Below, in pieces: positions 25,655 through 36,719 of a stretch of DNA of 64,000 nucleotides (positions are counted from its first letter, which is position 1; each line of letters starts with the position of its first letter). The DNA comes from Malacoraja senta. Lineage: Eukaryota. The notes under the pieces were generated by a model. It made no database searches. It saw only the letters and a list, made by a program, of their open reading frames with translations, and was not told the DNA's origin. The position numbers and the translations under genes are program-made. The stretch lies in assembly GCA_038087875.1 (NCBI GenBank), contig JAXLNO010000627.1, positions 310,001 through 374,000 on the forward strand, read 5' to 3'.

Positions 25655-26325
25655 GAGGTACCTTGGGGTCCAAATCCAGAACTCCCTGAAAGTAGCAACA
25701 CATGTAGATACCGTGGTAAATGAGGCACGTGGCATACTTGCCCACATTGGTCACCACATTCAGTATAAGAGTCAGGGCATCGTGAAGCAGCGCTATAGGA
25801 CTTTGTACAGCATTTGGGGTATTACGTGCAGTTCTGGTCGCCCCATTACAGGAAGGATGTGAAGGTTTTAGAGAGGGTGCAAAGGTTACAAGAATGGTGG
25901 CTAGATTATGGGGTAATGGCTACAGGGAGCAGTTAGAGATAATTGGATTGCTTTTTTTCTGGAACGCTGAAGGTTGCGGGGCGACCTGACAGAAGAATAG
26001 AAAACAGGAACCTTTTGTCCAGGATAGACAAATCAAATACTAGAGGGAAGAGCTTTAAGAAGGGCAAAGCTTAAGGGTGATGTTAGGGGCATGTTTTATA
26101 CACAAAGGCTGAGTGCCTGGAACGCGCTGCCAGGGTGGGGGTTTGTGATGGTTTTGGGGCCAGGTGGGATATTGGTGTTTCAGAGACTTTTGAATACGCC
26201 AATAGATTTGCAGTGAATGGAGGGATATGGTTTTGCGCAGGCAGATAGGAGTTGGCCTTGGCATCATGTTCGACACAGACATTGTGGACCGAATGGCCTG
26301 TTTTGTGCTGTAATGTTCTATGATC
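25655..26325 (+). mobile_element. Old CR1 3' fragment in the GPCR intron
   Basis: YYVQFWSPHYRKDVKVLERVQR motif and CR1 3' UTR. Confidence 0.7.
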
Positions 26326-28670
26326 TATGTTTTGTTTTAAATCATTTCCTGTCACCACCTGACTCCTACCATTGGAACAACTTTGTATCTAATTCTTCCC
26401 AACTGGATCCTGTGTGCGCGAACCTTCCAGCTCAGTCTACCATGCGGACCATGTGAAAGCAATGGCTAAACTACAAAAGCACATATAGACAACGATTCTC
26501 GGGAACAACGTCATGCTGTCTATTTATAATCAGTGTTTATCTTTCCAAATACCGATGAGGTGTATAGCACTCATTTCCCTCAGGCAACTTTACCACCACC
26601 GATATCAGAATGACCCGCCTGCATTCCTTGCATGCATTCTACATAAAAGACAGGCATCACTTCAAGGTCAATATCAACTTGTTCCCTTGCTGCCCACGTT
26701 TATGAGCCACAGATGCGCAGCAAACTATCTGCAGATTGAATCTTCAGTGGGGTGGGGACTGAGCCGGGGGAAGGCGCGGGCGGGACTGGGCGGAATGAAG
26801 GTGCAGGGGGGAGGTGCAGTGGGGACTGTTGAGAAGAGAGTGTACAGCGGAGGGACAGACAGACATCAGGATAGATACCAGTGAGCAACCTCGGGAGGCT
26901 TATCGTGCGGATTTTCATTGTAATGTTTTATGTCATGCTGATCAGGATATTGGCGGCGTGACTATACGAGTGCGACAGCGGAAGGTCAGACGGACAGTTG
27001 AGCAGCGGTTTTGTTTGGTGATCTGACCTGGAAGCATGTGCTGCAGTCAGAAGTGTTCCGTCAAAATGCAGCAGATGTCCCGAAACCTGAATCACGTTGA
27101 CTGCACCATGTACAACGTATTCAGTGTATGTCCACGCTGCAGTCCACACCCCGACCCACGGGCTCCACTCTGTCTCCACCGTTATCGCACACTCCACCTC
27201 CCCATTCCCATTTTCGTCAATACACTTTGTTGCGCTTCCATCCGCAACATCTCCAGTTCGTTCCCCAGAGGGAGAGCTTCCCACAGCTCGGAAGCAAATC
27301 AATTGACCCACCAGAGCCAAAGCGACATGGGTGTACCCACAGAACCCATAGTCTCAACGCCTTAGTGCCATGTGTTCCTCTTGATGTATTTAGTATCCCT
27401 GCCTTCATCAAACTCTTTAGCAGCGCGTCCTAGATTCCGAGTCTGAGTGAGAAAAGACCTCATCAGATTCTTACAAATATTTTATCTAAACTAATGCCCT
27501 CTGGATTTACCCCCCTCTCATATTGGGCATGTTTCATACCATGTATCCTGTCTATGCCCCTTAATTTATCCAATTGTTGGACCTTCACTGTGTATTTCTC
27601 GTGAAAGGAAAATAAACTCAGTCTATCGACTCTCCCGTCATAACCAAACTTTGCCATCGCAGAAAACATGTTTATAAATCTCCTCTCCACCTTCTACATA
27701 GCAATTAAGTTATTCCTACAGCGTGGCGACCAGAGGTGCCCACAGAAGCGCAGATGTGAGTTAGCGAACATTGTATAAAGCTGTACCCCAACCACTCTGC
27801 TCTTGGTTTGTTTGTGCGGCCGGCAAAATAAAATGTCACACATTCAATGACAACTGATCTGCCTGTAATGCCGCCTCTGGAGATCTTTGGGATTGTACAC
27901 CTTCGGGTTCGAAAGATAATCCCTGCTAGGAGCCCACCCTATGCCCAAGGCTTACCCCAGCTTCACCCGACCTATTAGTGAATGGACAGACTCAGGAAGC
28001 TGTTGGTGGTGGGGAAGGGAATGTTGATGATGATGTGTACCAAGTGCAGAAAGTTGGGAAATCTTCTTGGAGACGGCCATGGTATGGTATGCATATCTGA
28101 CGCGGGACTTCTCCGATTAACCAGTTGCAAGAACAGTAATAGTGTATTCGTAGAAAACTTCTCACATGTATGTGGACCATTTGGCTCATTGTGTCTGTGC
28201 CGAACAATCGGGCTTTGCAACGTGGGTGTATAATCTTCTTGATCAGTGCTTTCAATTACACATCCGAGAGTTTACATGTAATTAAGTTTTCCTCTTCCAG
28301 ACTTTCATGCAGACATTTCTGAACCGTTCGCGACGTCTGAATAAATGTATTATCACCATCCATCTCCTCGCATCTTACGGGAAATGGCTGCTCTCTGCCA
28401 AATAGACGGTCTCCTGTTCAAGTTGTTCCACTACCCAACCTTTCCTAATCGCCACAACTCCTCTCAGCAGTGCAAACCTCCAGAGGTGCAGTGTGCTGAC
28501 AGAACCTACACACAATGCTCAAACTGGAACGTGACTGGTGATTGACGTGGAATCGTCAAACAGAATATCACAGCTCTGGGAAAAGATGCCAACAATTTTT
28601 TTTTTTAAATACCCGATTGTCCCCGGTTTAATTTGGACACACAAGCTGGTTGGCAAAATAATTTATCAGG

Positions 28671-28928
28671 ATGCGGCATGGAGCTAGAAACGTATAAAAT
28701 ACATGTCCTTTGGCTCCCAGGGTCAGGTATCAAACGTCAAGCAAACATTTCCACGAATCATGCAGTATTCATTCAGCGACATTAACACCAATTCACCTCA
28801 GATACTATTAGTCATCCGCCGGAATACGGGTAACTTACAGCAGCGAATTACCGACCAAACTGCACATGTTGGCTCGGGGAAGGAAACCGGAGCAAATTTA
28901 AGGAAACAGATGCGATCACGAACAGAAT
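28671..28928 (+). repeat. 258-bp direct duplication flanking the L1 (second copy 33629-33886)
   Basis: atgcggcatggagctagaaacg...gatcacgaacagaat present on both sides of the L1 with 2 mismatches. Confidence 0.95.
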
Positions 28929-31900
28929 TTATAGATTTAGCGAAGAAAATAATATAATATGCAGAGAATAATAACGTTGTGAATTTTTGATATTCTTGAA
29001 TTTTTCTGCAGGGATACGTGCTTATGTATGTATGCACATGGGTATATATACATATATATATGTATGTATGGTGTGTGTGTGTATGTATGGGTATGTATAT
29101 AAGTTTGTTACTCACAAAGAAGTTATTTGAATGTTAGAAATAATCTTTCTTTTTCTTCGGGCACGGAGCTGGGAATTTTTTTTTACAAAGGCTACGGAAG
29201 TCTTTAGAATTCTAGCCACGTTAGTGTGGCTATCACTAACTACACTAATTGTAGATGTAGTTCTTTTTCTTTCACCCTTTACTAATCAATTCTATCACTT
29301 TTTTCACTTTAAATATTTTTATAACTCAACGTTTGAATGGAAAAACAAGTCTAATACAAGGAGATGTGTTCGGAAGAACGATGTATATGATTTTAAATTC
29401 ATCTATCTGAAGTTCGGTAGCAGGGTCAGGTTCTATGTGTTGTACTTTCTGCTCGGCTATAGACCACCTTAGAAACAATATGCAAGATGTTAATATGATA
29501 AGAGGGGGTCAGGGAATAACATTTTGTAGTTGGAATGTCAAGGGAATCAATGAACCAATTAAGAGAGGTAAAGTTTTGGCACATCTAAACCTAATCAAAA
29601 CAGATATAATATTTCTCCAAGAAACGCACCTTAAGAAGGAATCTCAACATAGACTTAAAGCTAAGTGGATCGCTGAATCATATCATTCCTCTTTTTCCCA
29701 TAAATCCAGAGGAGTTGCAATATTAATTCGTAAAGGAATACATTTTACGAACTCTTCAACAATAGTGGATATTGATGGTAGATATATTATATTAGTTGGA
29801 GAGTTAAATGGTGAAAAAGTAATTCTTCTCAATGTATATGGGCCTAACTTTGATAACCCCATGTTTTTTAATAAAACATTTAATAAAATTCCTGAATTTA
29901 CACAATATAAATTAATAATTGGAGGAGACTTCAACTGTACATTAGATTCATACTTAGATAGATCTTCAAGGCAAAAAAAAGTAAAATCTCAATCAAGTGT
30001 ATTTTTAAATTCATTTATTAATACCACTAATATTAAGGATGTCTGGAGAATAGAAAACCCAACTGGACGGGAATACTCATTTTACTCACCAGTACATAAA
30101 ACATACTCAAGAATAGATTATTTTTTGGTTGACTCTAGGTTTATCCCATTTATTTATAATTCAAAATATCATAACATTATAATCTCAGATCACGCACCTG
30201 TAACATTCATGATTAAATTAAATGGAATGTCCGAGAAACAAACATATTGGAGATTCAACCCACAAATTTTGAACGAAAGATCATGCCAGGAATATATTAT
30301 TAAACAGATTCAAATATTTTTTGAGGTAAATGACAACCCTGACACACCTACTTCTCTTATGTGGGAAACGTTTAAAGCGTTTGTTCGTGGTACATTAATT
30401 TCCGCTCAAGCATTTTATAATAAAGAGAACAGGATTAAACAACAAACATTGGAAAGTGAAATCAAGCAACTAGATATAGAAAATGCGAGAATGCCATCTA
30501 TTTTAAAACATAATAAAATTGCTGTATTAAAATATAAATTAAATAAAATGTATTCAGAACAAGTAATAAAACTTTATCAAAAAACCAAACAATTACATTT
30601 TGAATTTGGAGACAAACCACAAAAACTATTATCACGTCAGTTACGAAAAATGGAAGGGGAAAAAATAATTCATAAAATTAGAACAGAGACAGGAGAATTA
30701 TTAAAAATGCCCAAGGACATAAATGATAGATTTCTCCAATACTATCATAACCTTTATTCAACTAAAACCGTAGGACAATCAGAAGGAATAGCAGATTTTT
30801 TACTAAAATGTAATTTAAAAGGTTTAGATTCAAACGATAGAGAATTATTAGAAAAGGAGATTACCATAAAAAATATTGAGGAGTCTATCGGCTCTTTAAA
30901 AAATGGTAAAGCAGTAGGACCAGATGGTTTAGGCTCCGAATTTTATAAAAAATTTCATGACTTGCTTTGCCCACGTTTACAAAGATTGTATGAGTATATC
31001 TATACTCAACAGAAACTTCCAGACACTTTAAATGAATCTATAATAACACTTATTCCTAAAGCTGATAAAGATCCGGAAGACCCGGGATCATATAGAGCAA
31101 TCGCACTTTTAAATACAGATCAGAAAATATTAACTAAAATACTAGCGAATAGATTAAGTACAGTGATGAATAAATTAATACACCCTGACCAAACAGGCTT
31201 TATTCAGAAACGGTACTCATATTATAATCTAAGAAGATTATTTAATATTATATATTCCAAGAGAAATATTAAGGAAGATCTAGCAATAATCTCACTTGAC
31301 GCTGAAAAAGCATTTGATCAGGTCGAATGGTCTTATTTATTTTCGGTGATGGAAAATATGCAGTTAGGGGAGAAATTCTGTACATGGATAAAACTGTTAT
31401 ATACAAATCCCACGGCTAGAATATTTACAAACCAAAGGTTGTCATCTAAATTTAGTCTATCTAGAGGTTGTAGACAAGGATGCCCGTTATCTCCATTATT
31501 ATTTGCGCTTGCTATTGAGCCACTTGCAGAAAGAGTCAGGGGGCATCCGGAAATACACGGATATAACACAAAGGACACAGTGAATAAAATTTCTTTATAC
31601 GCAGATGATGTATTAATTTACATTACAAAACCAGAAATTAGTATTCCAAATTTATTAAAGCTAATAACCCAATTTGGTTCACTTTCAGGATACAGAATAA
31701 ATTGGAATAAAAGTGAAATTATGCCAATAAGGGAACATAACAAACAGATAATACAACAATTTCCATTTAAAATAGTAAAGGAAAAATTTAAATATCTAGG
31801 TATTTATATAACTAAGAAATATACATCATTATTTAAAGCAAATTTTCCACCATTACTAAATAAACTACATAAGAATATTCAATACTGGAAAACACTTCCT

Positions 31901-33626
31901 ATCTCAATGGTAGGCAAAATTAATGCCATAAAAATGATTTTTTTACCGCAAATATTATACCTTTTTCAGACAATTCCGATATATCTGGCAAAAACCTTTT
32001 TTAAAAAACTGGATTCTATTGTTAATGATTTCATCTGGGATTATAAGAATCATAGGATAAACAAAAGACATTTGTGTAAATCAAAAATGAATGGAGGCTT
32101 GGTTTTACCCAACTTTTTGTTTTATTTCTGGGCAGTTAATATTAAAAATATGAATTTCTGGTTGGAAGAAATAGATTATCAGCCAGACTGGTTAAAAATG
32201 GAAAAGGAAGATTGTTTACCTTTTGATATCGGTTCGATTTTATTTGCTACGTCTAAATTAAACAAAAAAATTTATAGGGAAAACCCTATAATATTTAGTG
32301 CTATACGAATTTGGAAACAATTAAAAAAGACATTAAAATTAGATAATTTATCACTTTTTCTTCCAATTGTGAATAACCCTTTGTTTAAGCCTTCATGGTT
32401 GGACGGGGGTTTTACACAATGGAAGAATTATGGAATTAAAAATATGGGACAACTTTACAAGGAAGGCACTTTTCTGACATTTCAGGAGTTGCAACAGACT
32501 TACGGACTTCGAGGAAATGATTACTTCAGATATCTTCAACTTAGAGATTATGTAAAATCAAATACTCAAAATTTTCGAATTAGAAATTCAGAAATTCTTG
32601 ATGAATGTTGGAACAAACATCCTAATACAGAAAAATTAATATCTTATATATATAATATCTTATTAGACAGTGACATTCCATCGACGGACTTACATAGACA
32701 AACATGGGAAAAAGAATTAAATCAAATAATAACGAAAGATACTTGGGAAGAAAGTTTGCAACACATACATCAATGTTCATTAAACGCCAGATATTCTCTA
32801 ATACAATTTAAAGTAATACATAGGTTACATTATTCCAAAACAAAACTACATACAATTTTTCAACATATCTCACCTATATGTGATAAATGTCAACATTTAG
32901 AAGCTACCTTATCTCATATGTTTGCAAACTGTATAAAAATTAAACAATTCTGGGTAAATATTTTCAGTATAATATCTAAAGTAACCAGCACACAATTGGA
33001 CCCAGATCCAAAATTAATAATACTTGGAATATTAGAATTAAATCAAACATTTAGTATAACACAAAGAAACTTTATTGATTATAGTTTAATAACAGGAAAA
33101 AAATTAATTCTAAAATTTTGGAAAGGCCCTACGACCCCCACAATAAAATGTGGATTATAGAAATGACGGAGACCTTAAATGTGGAAAGAATCAGACTCTC
33201 CCTGTTGGACAAACAGGAATTATTCGTTGGAACATGGTCTCCTTTTATTGATTACCTAAAGGGTCAGAACAGTTCAGCATAGGAACCTGACTAACACCCG
33301 GGCTAAAGAATGGATGAAACGCTATATCTAGAAATGTACGAATATATCTCGAATGAAGTTTTCTATTTTAATAAATTTTTCCATTCTTCTTTAACTATCT
33401 TCTTTCAATTTTTTTTTTTTTTTTATAAATTTATTTTTCTTCTCTTTTTTCTCTTTCTTTACTTCATCTTTCTCTTTAGTTCTATTTAGCTTAAAAAAAA
33501 AAGCAAAAGTTATTGGAGACATTGTAATAATATTTAACAATATTATCAATTTAATAATGTAAGACTGTAATGATGTAACTAGGTTGTGTACGCATCTCCA
33601 ATAAAAAAATATTAAAAAAAAAAAAA
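28929..33626 (+). mobile_element. Young 5'-truncated L1 element (inter-ORF region, complete ORF2, 3' UTR, poly-A), antisense in the GPCR intron
   Basis: A-rich L1 composition, AATAAA plus poly-A at 33600-33626, flanked by a 258-bp direct duplication, absent from the paralogous arm. Confidence 0.95.
29480..33160 (+). CDS. L1 ORF2 protein (APE endonuclease, reverse transcriptase, C-terminal zinc finger); frameshifted near the C-terminus
   Basis: SWNVKG, FLQETH, GGDFN, SRIDY, SDH; GPDG, LDAEKAFD, GCRQGCPLSP, YADD; CDKC...HMFANC. The alternative frame continues to a TAG at 33280-33282. Confidence 0.95.
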   Translation: MQDVNMIRGGQGITFCSWNVKGINEPIKRGKVLAHLNLIKTDIIFLQETHLKKESQHRLKAKWIAESYHSSFSHKSRGVAILIRKGIHFTNSSTIVDIDGRYIILVGELNGEKVILLNVYGPNFDNPMFFNKTFNKIPEFTQYKLIIGGDFNCTLDSYLDRSSRQKKVKSQSSVFLNSFINTTNIKDVWRIENPTGREYSFYSPVHKTYSRIDYFLVDSRFIPFIYNSKYHNIIISDHAPVTFMIKLNGMSEKQTYWRFNPQILNERSCQEYIIKQIQIFFEVNDNPDTPTSLMWETFKAFVRGTLISAQAFYNKENRIKQQTLESEIKQLDIENARMPSILKHNKIAVLKYKLNKMYSEQVIKLYQKTKQLHFEFGDKPQKLLSRQLRKMEGEKIIHKIRTETGELLKMPKDINDRFLQYYHNLYSTKTVGQSEGIADFLLKCNLKGLDSNDRELLEKEITIKNIEESIGSLKNGKAVGPDGLGSEFYKKFHDLLCPRLQRLYEYIYTQQKLPDTLNESIITLIPKADKDPEDPGSYRAIALLNTDQKILTKILANRLSTVMNKLIHPDQTGFIQKRYSYYNLRRLFNIIYSKRNIKEDLAIISLDAEKAFDQVEWSYLFSVMENMQLGEKFCTWIKLLYTNPTARIFTNQRLSSKFSLSRGCRQGCPLSPLLFALAIEPLAERVRGHPEIHGYNTKDTVNKISLYADDVLIYITKPEISIPNLLKLITQFGSLSGYRINWNKSEIMPIREHNKQIIQQFPFKIVKEKFKYLGIYITKKYTSLFKANFPPLLNKLHKNIQYWKTLPISMVGKINAIKMIFLPQILYLFQTIPIYLAKTFFKKLDSIVNDFIWDYKNHRINKRHLCKSKMNGGLVLPNFLFYFWAVNIKNMNFWLEEIDYQPDWLKMEKEDCLPFDIGSILFATSKLNKKIYRENPIIFSAIRIWKQLKKTLKLDNLSLFLPIVNNPLFKPSWLDGGFTQWKNYGIKNMGQLYKEGTFLTFQELQQTYGLRGNDYFRYLQLRDYVKSNTQNFRIRNSEILDECWNKHPNTEKLISYIYNILLDSDIPSTDLHRQTWEKELNQIITKDTWEESLQHIHQCSLNARYSLIQFKVIHRLHYSKTKLHTIFQHISPICDKCQHLEATLSHMFANCIKIKQFWVNIFSIISKVTSTQLDPDPKLIILGILELNQTFSITQRNFIDYSLITGKKLILKFWKGPTTPTIKCGL

Positions 33627-34689
33627 GCATGCGGCATGGAGCTAGAAACGTATAAAATACATGTCCTTTGGCTCCCAGGGTCAGGTATCAAACGTCAAGC
33701 AAACATTTCCACGAATCATGCAGTATTAATTCAGCGACATTAACACCAATTCACCTCAGATACTATTAGTCATCCGCCGGAATACGGGTAACTTACAGCA
33801 GCGAATTACCGACCAAACTGCACATGTTGGGTCGGGGAAGGAAACCGGAGCAAATTTAAGGAAACAGATGCGATCACGAACAGAATGCGTAGACATCATA
33901 AAAAGCAGTGCAAGATCGAAGCTCGTTGTTGAGCTGTGAGACCACAGAGCTACCAGCTACATTACTGTAGCGACTATTGAAACATAACATTCAGAACCAG
34001 ACACTGAAGTCAGTCATGACTTGTAAGACACAAGTCGGGATTGCACACGCATGTACAAGAACCAAAATCAACAAATCTCAGACGAACTGCAACACCGCAC
34101 ATTCTCAGTTACACGAAGGTTAAATTACGGAATTGTAACATGCCAGTATCGGGAAATCTGAGACGTGCAGAATAATCAGCTACACTCAGCTAACAGTGAG
34201 TGACCGCGGGGACCTGAACTCCGAACCCAATCCTGCTGTGACATACATGTTACCACGCAACATCCCATCCAATTGCCTTTCCTGCAGCTCACTGCAGTGG
34301 TCAACCCCAGCCCCAGTGTCCTGCAGCTCACAAACTATTCCCAAATGGACCACATGCTGCCTTTTATCACAGAGAACGGTCACAGAGCCGGACATCCTCA
34401 CCACACACCACGTTGGCAACACCGTCACTGCTCGGAGCGGCAACGGTTCAACAACGTCTCTGCAGTCAGTAGGTGCGAGTGTTCTGGACCGGGCGCGGTT
34501 CCTCTCACAGAGCAACGTGACGGGGAACAGAAACAGACCCGCGTTGGGCCGTCACCCGTGCCCCCGGCGTAATATACAGATCTGATCTCAGGTTGGGACA
34601 AAACATAGATAACATACTTCACAACTAGTCCGATTTTATCGTATTTGTTCCGATTTGTCTGTTTAAAAAGAGAGAAAAATCGGAACAGT

Positions 34690-34890
34690 ACGATTTTGAA
34701 ATGAGGAGAAAAACGGCCAATCAACCGCTGTGTCTAAGGGGATTGCGCCCAATCACCGAGCAGCTACCCTTAAAATTCCCCTCCAATCAGCCGCTGTCTC
34801 CAAGGTCATTGTGGCCAATCACATAATGCGCTGTTCACTTGGCGGCCAATCAGACACTGTCTCCGAGTGGCGTTGTGGACAATCACCGAC
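34690..34890 (-). promoter_or_regulatory. Array of phased CCAAT boxes plus CHR-like TTTGAA (mirror copy ~58560-58755)
   Basis: CCAATC at 34717, 34749, 34783, 34815 and 34846, and ACAATC at 34879 (spacing 31-34 bp); TTTGAA at 34695-34700. Confidence 0.55.
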
Positions 34891-34896
34891 CAGCTT

Positions 34897-34899
<3 letters not shown>

Positions 34900-34934
<35 letters not shown>

Positions 34935-35097
34935 AAGAGAGAGAGAGAGGGAGAGAGGGGGAGAGGGGGAGAGGGGAGAGGGGAAAGGGAAAGAGGGAAA
35001 GAGGGAAAGATGGAAAGAGGGGAAGAGGGAAAGAGGGAAAGAGGGAAAGAAAGAAAGAGAGGGTGGGAGAGGGAGAGAGAGGGAGAGAGATGGAGAG
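34900..35097. repeat. (GA)n / GA-rich microsatellite (mirror copy 58275-58547)
   Basis: Direct inspection; the pure dinucleotide run is longer in the right arm. Confidence 0.95.
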
Positions 35098-36555
35098 ATT
35101 CCAGCCTCCTAATATTACCCCGGGCGATGGGGAAACGTTGCTACCAAATGACTTTCAATGATAAACTTCTGGCCAAATGCAAGAAAGCAACTATGACATA
35201 TAATACACAATAAACTGTATTACAAATACACAATAAACAAGTTATACGTTCTTGTGCTCTTACATGGGTATGACCTTCGGCGCGCGCGCACTCAGAGTAA
35301 GATTTTTCATTTTCAAATGTTGGCAGGTATGAGATAAGAATTAAAATCGACTCAGTCCACATAATACTACGGCGCCATCTCTCGAACCCTGCCTGCACTG
35401 TCATTAACCCAGAAACGGCTAGACCCAAGCAACGCCGCCACGTACAAAGGGAGGGCTAAAGCGGTCCCATTCCTGAAAGCGGAGCATCACAACCGCAGGC
35501 CAGCGGGAAAGTCAAGAATAAATTGTGGATGTTGGAAATCAGGAAATATTGCCAACAACTGGAAATACTGGAATATCCTGGGCAACTCCCACTCGACTAG
35601 ACTGTACAAATTCACCCGAATTCACACCGTCACCAACAGTACAACCGCACACGGAATACCGCGACACCCAGATTGTACAATGTCACCCAGAGTGGACCAG
35701 GTTAGGAACATGTTACACAGATAATGTAGTTCAATTATCCATTCAGTGAAAACCTAACCCTGCTCCAGACATTCGCTACACTCCAGCCCTTGTCCTTTCC
35801 AACATCACTGCCGCTCAGATAAACCTGTTTGTTTTTATTCCTTGCTTCCAGAGAAAGAAACTTTGATTTGAAACTTTAACTCTTTCTCTCTCCACAAATG
35901 CTCCCAGACATGCGGTTTCAAACATTTTCTCATTTCACTCCAGACCACCTGGGATTATTTCCAAAATGCGGAAATATTCCACGCCGCCGGTGAATGAAAA
36001 AAAGTGCTTGGAGTGAAACTGATGCGTTTCTCTCGCAACAGAGCAAAAACCCTGGTCTCACACGGGCTGGAGCATCAACGGCCGAATTTTTAGTCCCGGA
36101 AAAAGCAAGAACGTAATTGGCAGCAGGACAGTTTCACTCAGTGCTGAAACTACCGAAATACCCTGGATTATCTGAACACGTATCCTGATCATCTATCATG
36201 GATTATTTCAAGGTGCATTTCACAAAGCATGGGGTCAGCAGTGTGTTACTCCAATTAGTCCACACACCAGAATGTACTGTGCATTCACAATGATAATTCT
36301 GACATGACACTGGCGGCAGATTCACAGATCCACGGCTAGATATTTTGGAGTCAACATAAAACAAGACCATCTTGCCTGAGACTACAGTTTGAATGAAGAT
36401 AGGTGGTTACTTTGAAATCAACCTCACAATTGGGCAAATACCATACCCAGAATCATACAACAACGAAACAAGCGGGCACTACGGCACACAGTCATCAGCA
36501 ACATCTCAGATATAACAGTAATGAACCCGGTGCGTACATGTGAGTAACCTCTCAC

Positions 36556-36634
36556 CGGGAACACCAACAGCGGCCAGAACCGGATAGTAAATCGACATTA
36601 TTTGATGAAGTAGTGAGACTCCCATGTTCTCCAT
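36556..36634 (-). CDS. GPR139-like GPCR, coding exon 1
   Basis: MENMGVSLLHQIMSIYYPVLAAVGVP then G|GTGAG; phase 1 joins exon 2 to give GVPVNLVTIVIL (TM1 GN motif region); 325 aa in total; intron 24302-36555. Confidence 0.85.
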
Positions 36635-36707
36635 GATGTGACGACTCCTCTGTTGAATCAACACACCAGGGCTGCTGCCAAAACGGTGATGAGATGCTCA
36701 CTTGATC

Positions 36708-36719
36708 CCTTTTTATAGC
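36708..36719 (-). promoter_or_regulatory. TATA box of the minus-strand GPCR gene
   Basis: GCTATAAAAAGG on -, ~75-85 nt upstream of the ATG; homologous GCTATAACAAAGG at 56697-56709 in the paralogue. Confidence 0.55.

Noticed and set aside
34186..35213. Overlapping ORFs conserved in both arms (also 58160-59262)
   Set aside because: Conservation is explained by the near-identical duplication; no recognisable domain; frames differ between arms through indels
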